DNA from: Prevotella sp.
GTDB taxonomy: Bacteria; Bacteroidota; Bacteroidia; Bacteroidales; Bacteroidaceae
Assembly (NCBI GenBank): GCA_024681705.1
Contig: JAILAI010000284.1
Coordinates: 152-64,151, forward strand
Direction of reading: 5' to 3'
DNA length: 64,000 nucleotides
The position numbers and the translations under genes are program-made. The number at the start of each line of letters is the position of its first letter. The stretch's first letter is position 1. The notes under the pieces were generated by a model, which did no database searches, was not told the DNA's origin, and saw only the letters and a program-made list of their open reading frames with translations. Below are positions 40,348 to 49,489 of the stretch, piece by piece.

Positions 40348-41208
40348 ATGGCCACGAACCAGTACAATAGAAAGAAGAATACACGTACGACGAAAAGTAC
40401 CCGATCCCGCTCCACAGGCAGGGGCAAGCGAAGCACGAGCAAATCGTTCTTCGACCTGTTCCCCAAACTCACTGCTTCTGCCCGTCGGAAGTGGAAACGC
40501 CGGTTGTACATCGGTCTTGGCATTGTGCTCGTTCTCGCCCTGATTCTTGCCTTCAAGAATCCTTTCAACAAATCGACCTCGACGACAGCAAGTGGCTACT
40601 CCACCACGGGCTATAACGGCATCGACATCTCGAAACATCAGGGCCGCATCAACTGGAAGACAGTGGCACAGAACCGCAACATTCAGTTTGTCTACATCAA
40701 GGCCACCGAGGGTGCGTCGGTGGTGGACAAACACTATAAGAAAAACCTGGCCGAAGCGCGTGCGGCAGGTTTGCGCGTAGGCAGCTATCATTTCTTCCGA
40801 GCCTACAAATCGCCCGAAGAACAGTTCCGCCTCTTCACCAAACACGTGAAGAAAAGCCAGCAGGACCTCATCCCGATGGTCGACGTGGAACAGACGGGCA
40901 ACCGTCAGGTGAGCCGTCAGCAGTTGCAGAAGAACCTAAAAAGATTTATGGAACTGATGAAAAAGCACTACGGCAAATATCCGTTACTCTACAGTCAGTA
41001 TCGCTTCTACAACGAGAAGCTGGCACCCGAGTTCAACCGCTACTTCATCTTCATCGCCCGCTACGGCAAGAAGGAACCCGTGTTGAAAGGGCGCGGCAAA
41101 TACAACATCTGGCAGTATTCCGAGCGTGGCCGCATCAAGGGCATACAGGGATATGTAGACCTCGACCGTTTTGCCAACGGCACCACCATCGACGACATCA
41201 TGCTTTGA
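40348..41208 (+). CDS. Membrane-anchored GH25 lysozyme/muramidase; operon gene 8
   Basis: GIDISKHQG, YIKATEG, GSYHFF, MVDVE, IWQYS and VDLD motifs; basic N-tail plus one TM. Confidence 0.93.
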   Translation: MATNQYNRKKNTRTTKSTRSRSTGRGKRSTSKSFFDLFPKLTASARRKWKRRLYIGLGIVLVLALILAFKNPFNKSTSTTASGYSTTGYNGIDISKHQGRINWKTVAQNRNIQFVYIKATEGASVVDKHYKKNLAEARAAGLRVGSYHFFRAYKSPEEQFRLFTKHVKKSQQDLIPMVDVEQTGNRQVSRQQLQKNLKRFMELMKKHYGKYPLLYSQYRFYNEKLAPEFNRYFIFIARYGKKEPVLKGRGKYNIWQYSERGRIKGIQGYVDLDRFANGTTIDDIML

Positions 41209-41219
41209 ATCACTGAATC

Positions 41220-41251
41220 TTTAAGGCCCCGAAAACGTCAAGGGCCTTAAA
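41220..41251. terminator. Hairpin between convergent genes; probable operon terminator
   Basis: tttaaggccc-cgaaaacgtcaa-gggccttaaa. Confidence 0.55.
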
Positions 41252-41264
41252 GATAAGTTTTCTC

Positions 41265-42092
41265 TTACTTCTTGTAATACAGATCGCCGTCGATATAAAG
41301 GGCGTTCAGATCGGCTATGTAGGCGATGGATATGTAATCGGCAATGTCGGCTATCTGCCACTGGTCGACGAGCAATTCGCCCTTGTCGTTCCAAGCAGAC
41401 TTGCTCTCCTCCCAGCCCTCTGCATTGCACCAGTTCTCCTCGATGAAACCAATCTTTCCCTCGCGATAACGGCAGTAGTTGGGGTCGGTGCTGCCCATAG
41501 CAAAGCGATTCTCCCAATAGAGTTCGATGCAACCGCGCCTCTCGCAAAGCTGTTCCTCGAATAGAACGGTCTCTTCCGTGCCAATTTCAGCACTCAGCAC
41601 ATAGCACTCATTGAGCATGTCCTGTGCTGGCAGATTCTCTTCCGATCCGTCCCAGTTGAAGTATTGATGTCCGTTGGCCTTCGACCAGAAAATGCACGCC
41701 TTACGGCCTTTCTCCGACACGAACATAGCCCTATCGCCGACGTCGGTGTAACGCAACTGACTCATCGTGAAGGTCTTCTTCTCCACTTTCGACTTCGGAA
41801 TCATGTACGAATACAGTTCGCCACCGTCGTCGCCCTCATATTTGTAGTTGTTCGCATCGCCCTCCACGATGCGGTTGAGGGGGTCGTTGGAGTCGCATAT
41901 CAGCTGACCTTTCTTGATTGGATATCCCATCGGAGCATCAAACGACTCCGTAGCATAATAGGCGGTGAGCGTTCCTACGGCGGGCACGGTCGGGGTGGGT
42001 TCCGACGGCTTGCAAGAATACGATACGGCAGGAACCAAAACAAGCACTAAGCAAAACAAACTGTTAAAAATCAATCTTCTCATACGCGTCAT
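41265..42092 (-). CDS. Hypothetical lipoprotein
   Basis: Signal peptide ending VSYSC; soluble acidic body. Confidence 0.65.
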   Translation of the reverse strand: MTRMRRLIFNSLFCLVLVLVPAVSYSCKPSEPTPTVPAVGTLTAYYATESFDAPMGYPIKKGQLICDSNDPLNRIVEGDANNYKYEGDDGGELYSYMIPKSKVEKKTFTMSQLRYTDVGDRAMFVSEKGRKACIFWSKANGHQYFNWDGSEENLPAQDMLNECYVLSAEIGTEETVLFEEQLCERRGCIELYWENRFAMGSTDPNYCRYREGKIGFIEENWCNAEGWEESKSAWNDKGELLVDQWQIADIADYISIAYIADLNALYIDGDLYYKK

Positions 42093-42426
42093 TCTCTTTG
42101 TCTAACTTAATTCCGCAGCACTTGATGCTCTCACTCTCGATAACAGCCTGAGCAACTCGTCGTCGCCCAGCGTCATGCCACATCAGACCGCCGCTTCCCT
42201 TTGTGCTGCGATTCCAAACAAGCAGAAGTCTTCAATGACTTGACAAAGGTAAGAAAAATATCTGACACCGCATCGCGTTTCGCGCATTTTTTTCATCACG
42301 GCTTGCGATGGCGAAGCAATCGGACACGCAGGATTGTTTTTCATTCAAGAAGCATAAACCGTTGCCTCAACGACAACGGCCCTGCTAGCAAGAGCTGCGC
42401 ACCGAACCGCAGACCAACTCCCCGTG

Positions 42427-43350
42427 CTACAGCTCCTGGTTAATCTCCTCATGCCTCTGCACGGGCGTCTTGCTATGCTTCACCTTGAAGTGGTCGAAAC
42501 CCTCGCCATAGACACCGATGACGGCACTCTGCGACACAAAGGCTTTCGGGTCGAGGTCGTGAATGATCTGGAAGATGAGCGGGCTCTGACTCTTTCGGGC
42601 CAGCACGAAGAGCATCTTCGTCTCGCGCCCGCTATAGAAGCCTGTGGCATTGACGACCGTACATCCGCGGTGAGCACCCGTATTGATGGCGTGACCGATG
42701 TCTTCGTAGCGGTCGCTGATGATGAAGAACTGGACGCTCTGACGGGCGGAGTTCACCACCTGGTCGACCACAAACGACGAGATGAAGAGCACCACATAGC
42801 CATAGATGACGCGCTCCCAATCGCGCAACACCACATAACTGCTCGTGATGACCAGCAAGTCTACCATCAGGATGAGTCGGCCGAGCGAGATGTCCTTGTA
42901 CTTATGGATGATGGCGGCCACGATGTCGGTACCGCCCGAAGAACCGTTGCAGCTCAATCCCAGACCAATGCCGATACCGCAGAAGCAGCCACCCAGCACG
43001 GCGGCCATGAAGGGTTGGTCCTTCAGCAGATGGGTGTCGCCGAGAAACGACTGGAAGATGGAGAGGATGATGGTGAGCGATACCACACCGTAGATGGTCT
43101 TCAGGCAGAACTTCAGCCCGAGAATCTTCAGCGCCAGCAACAGTAGTCCAGCGTTGACGACAAAGAAGGTGACCTGCACGGGCACCTCAGATGCCCAATA
43201 GAGAATGCTGCTGATACCCGGCACACCACCCGTGGTGATGTTATTTGGCAGCAGGAACACCGTCCAGCCAATGGTATAGCTGACCAATCCGACCAGAATC
43301 AGCAGGTAGTCGTGGAGCTCTCCGTAGAGCTCCTTTTTTGTAAGTTTCAT
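42427..43350 (-). CDS. YitT/YczE family membrane protein
   Basis: TTGGVPGI, SSGGTDI and DPKAFVS...VYGEGF motifs. Confidence 0.9.
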   Translation of the reverse strand: MKLTKKELYGELHDYLLILVGLVSYTIGWTVFLLPNNITTGGVPGISSILYWASEVPVQVTFFVVNAGLLLLALKILGLKFCLKTIYGVVSLTIILSIFQSFLGDTHLLKDQPFMAAVLGGCFCGIGIGLGLSCNGSSGGTDIVAAIIHKYKDISLGRLILMVDLLVITSSYVVLRDWERVIYGYVVLFISSFVVDQVVNSARQSVQFFIISDRYEDIGHAINTGAHRGCTVVNATGFYSGRETKMLFVLARKSQSPLIFQIIHDLDPKAFVSQSAVIGVYGEGFDHFKVKHSKTPVQRHEEINQEL

Positions 43351-43399
43351 GGTAGGGTGATTATTCTTTTTCCTTTGTAGCGTGTTTCTACTGAAGTCA

Positions 43400-44098
43400 T
43401 TACTTCATCAGGATGTCGCACAGCTCCTTCATTCCTGCCGATGCGCCCTTCATGATGTGGTGCACGTTCGATCCGGCATTCACCTGTTTCGGGTCGATGA
43501 GGTAGATGGGGCGTCCGGGCATCACGTAGTGCATCAGTCCGGCGGCAGGATAGACGTTGAGCGAAGTGCCGATGATGACGAAGATGTCGGCCTCCTGAGC
43601 CTCCTGAGCAGCCAGTGAAATGTTGGGCACGCCCTCGCCGAAGAAGACGATGTAGGGTCTGAGCAGAGAGCCGTCGCCAGCCTTCTCGCCGGGAGCCACA
43701 CTGAGGTTGGGAGCCTCCAGGGTGCGGATGTAGCGTGGGTCGTCTACATCGCGACTCGAACAAACCTTCATCAGTTCGCCGTGCAGGTGGATCACGTTCG
43801 TCGAACCCGCCTGTTCGTGCAGGTTGTCTACGTTCTGCGTCACCACCACCACGTTGTACTGCTCTTCGAGTTTCTTCACCAGATAGTGTCCCTCGTTGGG
43901 CTTTTTGTCCACCATCTTCGAGCGCAGCATGTTGTAGAAATCGTTCACAAAGACAGGGTCGGCTTCCCATGCCTCGTGGGTAGCCACGCGCGACACAGGA
44001 TAGTTTTCCCACAGTCCGTCGGCATCGCGGAAGGTGCTCAGTCCGCTTTCGGCAGACATGCCCGCACCAGTCAGTACTACAATTTTCTTCTTTTCCAT
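43400..44098 (-). CDS. cobB: NAD-dependent protein deacylase (sirtuin)
   Basis: GAGMSAESG, TQNVDNLHE, HG and GTSLNVYPAA motifs; start MEKKK at 44098. Confidence 0.92.
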   Translation of the reverse strand: MEKKKIVVLTGAGMSAESGLSTFRDADGLWENYPVSRVATHEAWEADPVFVNDFYNMLRSKMVDKKPNEGHYLVKKLEEQYNVVVVTQNVDNLHEQAGSTNVIHLHGELMKVCSSRDVDDPRYIRTLEAPNLSVAPGEKAGDGSLLRPYIVFFGEGVPNISLAAQEAQEADIFVIIGTSLNVYPAAGLMHYVMPGRPIYLIDPKQVNAGSNVHHIMKGASAGMKELCDILMK

Positions 44099-44320
44099 AT
44101 TGTTTAGGTGTTTCATAAGTTCTCTGCAAGTAGAGCGGCTCGACCTTGGTCGGGTCCCATCGTGACGCAAGAAAGCCGAGTTCAGCAGTTCTCCGCATTC
44201 ATTTCCGCTGCAAAAATACAGATTATTCGCGAATGCGCAAAAAAAACTCTCAATAATTTTGCCATCCCGCCGATTTGCAGTACCTTTGCCGAGTAATAAA
44301 CAACTCATTCATCAAACTTT

Positions 44321-45829
44321 ATGGCATATACACGTATGACCGCTGCAGAAGCTGCAGCGCTGATCAAGCACAACGAGAACTTGGCACTGAGTGGCTTCAC
44401 GCCCGCTGGTGTTGCCAAGGCTGTGACAAAGGAACTGGCCAAGATCGCTGTCAAGGAGCACGAGGCCGGACGCGAATTCAAAGTGGGTATCTTCACCGGT
44501 GCATCTACCGGACAGTCTACCGACGGTGACCTCGCCGCCGCTCAGGCTATCAAATACCGCGCGCCCTACACCACCAACCCCGACTTCCGCAAGCATGTCA
44601 ACATGGGAGAGATTCCCTACAACGACCTGCACCTAAGCCATATGGCACAGGAACTGCGCTACGGTTTCTACGGCGACGTTGACTGGGCCATCCTCGAAGT
44701 GTGCGACATTGAAGAATGTGGCGACGAATATCACGCTTTCCTGACCGCTGCCGGTGGCATCTCGCCTACTGCTGCACGCCTGGCCAAGAAGGTGATTCTG
44801 GAACTCAACTCGTTCCACAACCCCAACGCCAAGTTCATCCACGACGTGTACGAACCCCTCGACCCGCCTTACCGCAAGGCTATTCCCATTGAGCACGTTG
44901 GCGACCGCATCGGTGTGCCCTACGTAGTCGTACCGAAGGAGAAGCTCGTGTGCGTCGTAGAATGCAACATTCCCGACGAGGCCCGCGCCTTCAAGGACAG
45001 CGACCCCGTGACCGACCGCATCGGATACCTCACCGCAGAGTTCCTCGTCGAAGAGATGCACGCCGGACGCATTCCGAAGGAGTTCCTTCCCTTGCAGAGC
45101 GGCGTGGGTAGCACCGCCAACGCCATCCTCGGCGCACTGGGACAGGACAAGCACGTGCCCGACTTCAACATCTACACCGAGGTGATTCAGAACTCGGTCA
45201 TCGACATGATGCTCAACGGTCGTGTGAAGGATGCTTCGGCCTGCTCGCTCACCGTTTCCAACGAGTGCCTCATGCAGGTCTACGACAACATGGACCACTT
45301 CAGCAAGCACCTCACGCTTCGCCAGAGCGAGATTTCCAATAGTCCCGAACTGATTCGCCGACTGGGTGTCATCGCCATCAACACCGCCATCGAGTGCGAC
45401 CTCTACGGTAACGTGAACTCCACCCACATCAGCGGTGTGAAGATGATGAACGGTATTGGCGGTTCGGGCGACTTCGAGCGCAACGCCTATCTCTCGATCT
45501 TCACCTGCCCGTCGATGGCCAAGGGCGGACTCATCTCGTCCATCGTGCCCTTCGTGAGCCATCAGGACCACTCCGAGCACGACGTGAACATCATCATCAC
45601 CGAGCAGGGCGTGGCCGACCTTCGCGGCAAGAGCCCCGTACAGCGCGCTCAGCACATCATCGAGCAGTGCGTACACCCCGACTACAAGCAGCTGCTCTGG
45701 GACTATCTGAAGATTGCAAAGGGCGGACACACACGCCACAACCTTCCCGCCGCCTTCGCCATGCACGACACGCTGGCACGCAAGGGCGACATGAAGCTCA
45801 CCGACTTCGGAGAGTATGTGAAAGACTAA
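44321..45829 (+). CDS. Acetyl-CoA hydrolase / succinate CoA-transferase
   Basis: SGFTPAG, LQSGVG, YTEV, NGIGGSGDF and TEQGVADLRG motifs. Confidence 0.92.
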   Translation: MAYTRMTAAEAAALIKHNENLALSGFTPAGVAKAVTKELAKIAVKEHEAGREFKVGIFTGASTGQSTDGDLAAAQAIKYRAPYTTNPDFRKHVNMGEIPYNDLHLSHMAQELRYGFYGDVDWAILEVCDIEECGDEYHAFLTAAGGISPTAARLAKKVILELNSFHNPNAKFIHDVYEPLDPPYRKAIPIEHVGDRIGVPYVVVPKEKLVCVVECNIPDEARAFKDSDPVTDRIGYLTAEFLVEEMHAGRIPKEFLPLQSGVGSTANAILGALGQDKHVPDFNIYTEVIQNSVIDMMLNGRVKDASACSLTVSNECLMQVYDNMDHFSKHLTLRQSEISNSPELIRRLGVIAINTAIECDLYGNVNSTHISGVKMMNGIGGSGDFERNAYLSIFTCPSMAKGGLISSIVPFVSHQDHSEHDVNIIITEQGVADLRGKSPVQRAQHIIEQCVHPDYKQLLWDYLKIAKGGHTRHNLPAAFAMHDTLARKGDMKLTDFGEYVKD

Positions 45830-45986
45830 TCTGAATACCCTAAAGGGCATAGAGATAAGGGAAACATGGAAGGCTGGGGAGTTGGAGCAATGTTCACTCT
45901 CACACCTTCCATAATTTCCCTTTCTTTGGTTTTTCACGCTACCTATACTATATTCCGCTAACCCCGCCAAAACCTCATCAGAACCG

Positions 45987-48155
45987 ATGGAGAAGAACGA
46001 ACAACTACACCACGCATGGGACTTCGTCGAGCATACCGGCATCAGCATTTTCCTCACGGGAAAGGCCGGCACGGGAAAGACCACCTTCCTACGTACGCTC
46101 TGCGAACGGAGCCCTAAGCGCATGGTGGTGGTGGCACCCACAGGTGTGGCGGCCATCAACGCCGGCGGTATGACCATCCATTCGTTCTTCCAGCTTCCGC
46201 TTTCTCCCTACATCCCCACGGCGGCCTACAAGCAACGCTACGACTTCTCGAAGGAGAAGCGAAGCATCATCCGCACCCTCGACCTGCTGGTCATCGACGA
46301 AATCAGCATGGTGCGCTCAGACCTGCTCGATGCCATCGACAACGTGATGCGCCGATTCCGCGACCCGCTGAAACCGTTCGGAGGCGTCCAGCTGCTCATG
46401 ATTGGCGACCTGCAACAGCTCACGCCCGTGGTGATGCCCGAGGAAGAGGCGCTGCTCCGCAACTACTACGACACGCCCTACTTCTTCGGTTCCCACGCGC
46501 TTCAGCAGATTCCGTATGTCACCATACAGCTGCACCACGTCTACCGACAACAAGACCAGGAGTTCATCGACATACTGAACCACATACGCGCCGGACGACC
46601 TACGGCCGAAGACCTGGCGAAGCTCAACGCGCGCTACATCCGCAACCCGATGCAGAGCCCCGAGACGACCGCCTCGTACATCCGGCTGACCACACACAAC
46701 CGACTGGCCGACGCCTACAACGAAGACCAGCTGATGAAGTTGCGCCAGCCAGCCCACCATTTCGAGGCCCACATCGAGGGCAACTTCCCCGAGTTTGCCT
46801 ACCCCACCGACGTCAGCCTGACGCTGAAATGCGGCGCACAGGTGATGTTCGTGAAGAACGACCCCTCGGCCGACCATCGCTTCTACAACGGCCGCATCGG
46901 CACCGTCACGCAAATCAGCGACAATAGCATCAGCGTGCGATGCGAGGGCGACGACGAAGACATCAACGTCGAACCACTCACATGGGAGAACGCGAAGTAC
47001 GAACTGAACCCCGATAGCAAGGAGATAGTGACCTCCGTACAGGGCACCTTCGCCCAGTATCCGCTCCGACTGGCGTGGGCCATCACCATCCACAAGAGCC
47101 AAGGCCTCACCTTTGAACACGCCATCATCGACGCAAACCATTCGTTCGCCGCCGGACAGGTGTACGTGGCGCTCAGTAGGTGCAAGTCGTTGCAGGGATT
47201 GTTGCTGGCGTCGCCCATCAACGCCTCGAACATCTTCGGCGACCAGCGCGTGGCGGCTTACATCGCTCAGGAGGAGGAACAGGCCCGGCAGAGCATCGAG
47301 GCACTGCCCCGACTCAAGGAGGACTACTACGGCGAGCAGTTGCGCCAGCTGTTCGACTTCTCCGATCTCGACCGCAAATACAAGGCATTGCTACGCCAGC
47401 TCGACGAGCATTTCTACACCACCTATCCGCGTCTGTGCGCTGCCCACCGCGAAGCGAAGATGGAGTTCGCGAAGAAAGTCATCGAGGTGAGCCGCAAGTG
47501 GTCGGCACAAATCACGCAGATGCCCGCCCCGCAACTTCACGAAGAGGCCTTCCTGGATCGCGTGGGCCGCGGTGCCGTCTATTTCCTCAACACCCTTACC
47601 GACCTGCTCGGCGCTCTGCTCGAGCGCACCAATGTGGAGACCGACAACAAAGTGGTGCGCCGTCGCATGACCGATGTGCTGGCCGATTGCCGGCTGGCCT
47701 ACGATGTGAAGGTGGGCACGCTGGCCGCCGTCGCCAAGGAGGGCTTCACGCTCAACGGCTACCTGCACCAGAAGCAAATGGCCGTACTCAACGCGATGGG
47801 CACGGAACCGAAAAAGGAAAAACGCCAGCGCAAGGCGCAGGGCACCTCTACCAAGACAAAAACCTCAGGTACGAAGACAAAACCCGTCGTCGAGAAAGCC
47901 GCAACGACCAGACCGCAACCCGTTTCCGACATTCAGAACCAGGCACTCTTCGAGGCCCTTCGCAACTGGCGATGGGACAAATCGAAGGAGACAAACCTGC
48001 CACCCTACACCATACTCCAACAAAAGGCGCTCCACGCCATCGTCAACAACCTCCCCACCACACCGCAAGAACTACTCGCCCTACCGTACATCGGGAAGCT
48101 GACGGTAGAGAAATACGGCGATGAGATTCTGGAGATTGTGAACGGAAAGGCGTGA
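45987..48155 (+). CDS. PIF1/RecD-like SF1 helicase with C-terminal HRDC domain
   Basis: GKAGTGKT, DEISM, GDLQQL, TIHKSQG and YVALSR motifs; HRDC-like LFEALRNWR...PPYTI. Confidence 0.92.
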   Translation: MEKNEQLHHAWDFVEHTGISIFLTGKAGTGKTTFLRTLCERSPKRMVVVAPTGVAAINAGGMTIHSFFQLPLSPYIPTAAYKQRYDFSKEKRSIIRTLDLLVIDEISMVRSDLLDAIDNVMRRFRDPLKPFGGVQLLMIGDLQQLTPVVMPEEEALLRNYYDTPYFFGSHALQQIPYVTIQLHHVYRQQDQEFIDILNHIRAGRPTAEDLAKLNARYIRNPMQSPETTASYIRLTTHNRLADAYNEDQLMKLRQPAHHFEAHIEGNFPEFAYPTDVSLTLKCGAQVMFVKNDPSADHRFYNGRIGTVTQISDNSISVRCEGDDEDINVEPLTWENAKYELNPDSKEIVTSVQGTFAQYPLRLAWAITIHKSQGLTFEHAIIDANHSFAAGQVYVALSRCKSLQGLLLASPINASNIFGDQRVAAYIAQEEEQARQSIEALPRLKEDYYGEQLRQLFDFSDLDRKYKALLRQLDEHFYTTYPRLCAAHREAKMEFAKKVIEVSRKWSAQITQMPAPQLHEEAFLDRVGRGAVYFLNTLTDLLGALLERTNVETDNKVVRRRMTDVLADCRLAYDVKVGTLAAVAKEGFTLNGYLHQKQMAVLNAMGTEPKKEKRQRKAQGTSTKTKTSGTKTKPVVEKAATTRPQPVSDIQNQALFEALRNWRWDKSKETNLPPYTILQQKALHAIVNNLPTTPQELLALPYIGKLTVEKYGDEILEIVNGKA

Positions 48156-48158
48156 ACT

Positions 48159-48476
48159 CTACCGCTTCTTTTTCTTCGGCATCGGCAACTCCTTGCAGGT
48201 CTCGCGCACCAGCATGGAGAGATAGTCGCGGTCGTCGACATCGTCGATGTAGAAGTAGTCTTTGGCACCTTCGTAGGGCGGACGATATTCCACCGTGCGT
48301 AGCATGCGCTCACCAGCCTTTGTGGGTTTCACAAAGAACTGATCGTCGCAGATGAGACCGAAGATTTTCCCGTCGCAATAGATGCCATAGTCGCCAAACA
48401 TCTTCTTGACGCTGATGTCGCCAGCGCCCGAACACTGGTCGGCTATGTATTGCACAAAGTCGCTGTTGCTTGCCAT
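48159..48476 (-). CDS. TfoX N-terminal domain protein
   Basis: MASN..FVQYI...KKMFGDYGIY.DGKIFGLICDD...PPYEGAK. Confidence 0.85.
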   Translation of the reverse strand: MASNSDFVQYIADQCSGAGDISVKKMFGDYGIYCDGKIFGLICDDQFFVKPTKAGERMLRTVEYRPPYEGAKDYFYIDDVDDRDYLSMLVRETCKELPMPKKKKR

Positions 48477-48636
48477 AACGTGTACTGATTGGTTTGCTTG
48501 TCGTCTGCAAAAGTACATGTTTTTTCAGAGAACCGCAAACAAACACCCTATTATTCCAAATAGGTCATTAGGATTTATGTCAGATTTGTATTTGTTTTGA
48601 GCAGTTTGGTTGCATCGATATCGAAGGCGTAGCGGG

Positions 48637-48939
48637 CTACGTCGAGATATTGATGTGAACAAAATGCCAAAAGAAATGCTGAGATGACATGAATAGACTG
48701 AAAACATCAGATAAGTAATCAATCTTCGGCCTAACGACCAATTTGGGATTATTATTGTCGCCGTCAGGATAGAAGAACGCCCAAATGGCCTTACCATCCC
48801 CCCGTCTTTCCCACCTACCGCGAGCGCGAATGCAATTCCACCTATATGAAAGTATGTATTCCTTGCGGTCGTTGATGTTGTCGCAAAGCGCCTTTCCGAT
48901 ATAACATTCCTTCACATTCATGTGGGTAGGTTTTAACAT
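48637..48939 (-). CDS. Hypothetical protein or gene remnant
   Basis: 100-aa AT-rich ORF whose start abuts repeat A copy 3; no recognisable motif. Confidence 0.25.
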   Translation of the reverse strand: MLKPTHMNVKECYIGKALCDNINDRKEYILSYRWNCIRARGRWERRGDGKAIWAFFYPDGDNNNPKLVVRPKIDYLSDVFSLFMSSQHFFWHFVHINIST

Positions 48940-49290
48940 TATAATTCGAAAATTCTGAACTTCAAAGTCCGAAGGCCCAAAATATGCGATTCTCAGCGAT
49001 TAGACGCAAAACGCTGATTGTCAGTTTGTTGCAAATTCGTCGACAATTTCTTGAGCCAAAATTTCACGTTCGTTAACGAAAAAATCTAGATTTTTCTCAT
49101 CAAAAGCGGCAGTTTCGATGAGCAAAAGCGGCAGTTTCGGTCATCAAAAGCGCCAATTTCGATGATCAAAACCGTCGGTTTTGCTCAACCGACTTTTCGA
49201 TTGTAATCTCTGAGATAGCAAAAAGGGGATAGACATGTGGGTAGTTTTTCATAAAAATCGTTGACTTTTTTCGACCGTTTTTTAACACTC
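48930..49290 (+). repeat. Dispersed repeat family A, copy 3
   Basis: Same caaaagcggcagtttcg core and flanks as 2765-3140. Confidence 0.85.
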
Positions 49291-49489
49291 CATCTGATTA
49301 AAGATGTTAAAAGCCATAGTCAGGACACTCGGTCTGCGTACTCCAACGCCCTGGGCATTTTATGGTCCGCCACCATCCTTTTCGCTCCATCATCCGTCCG
49401 ACGACCCCTCGCCCGCTTCAAAAAAGAAACAGATTATTTTGCGCTTTGCATGCAAATTTGTAACTTTGCAAGGAGAAAACGAATAACCT

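Noticed and set aside
44110-44205. SRP RNA or tRNA
   Set aside because: No SRP domain IV GGAA-loop motif and no T-loop or cloverleaf; kept only as an unnamed structured leader.
45846-45925. Imperfect inverted repeat after the CoA-transferase gene
   Set aside because: Most simply a terminator or mRNA-stabilising hairpin; no second copy was seen in the window.
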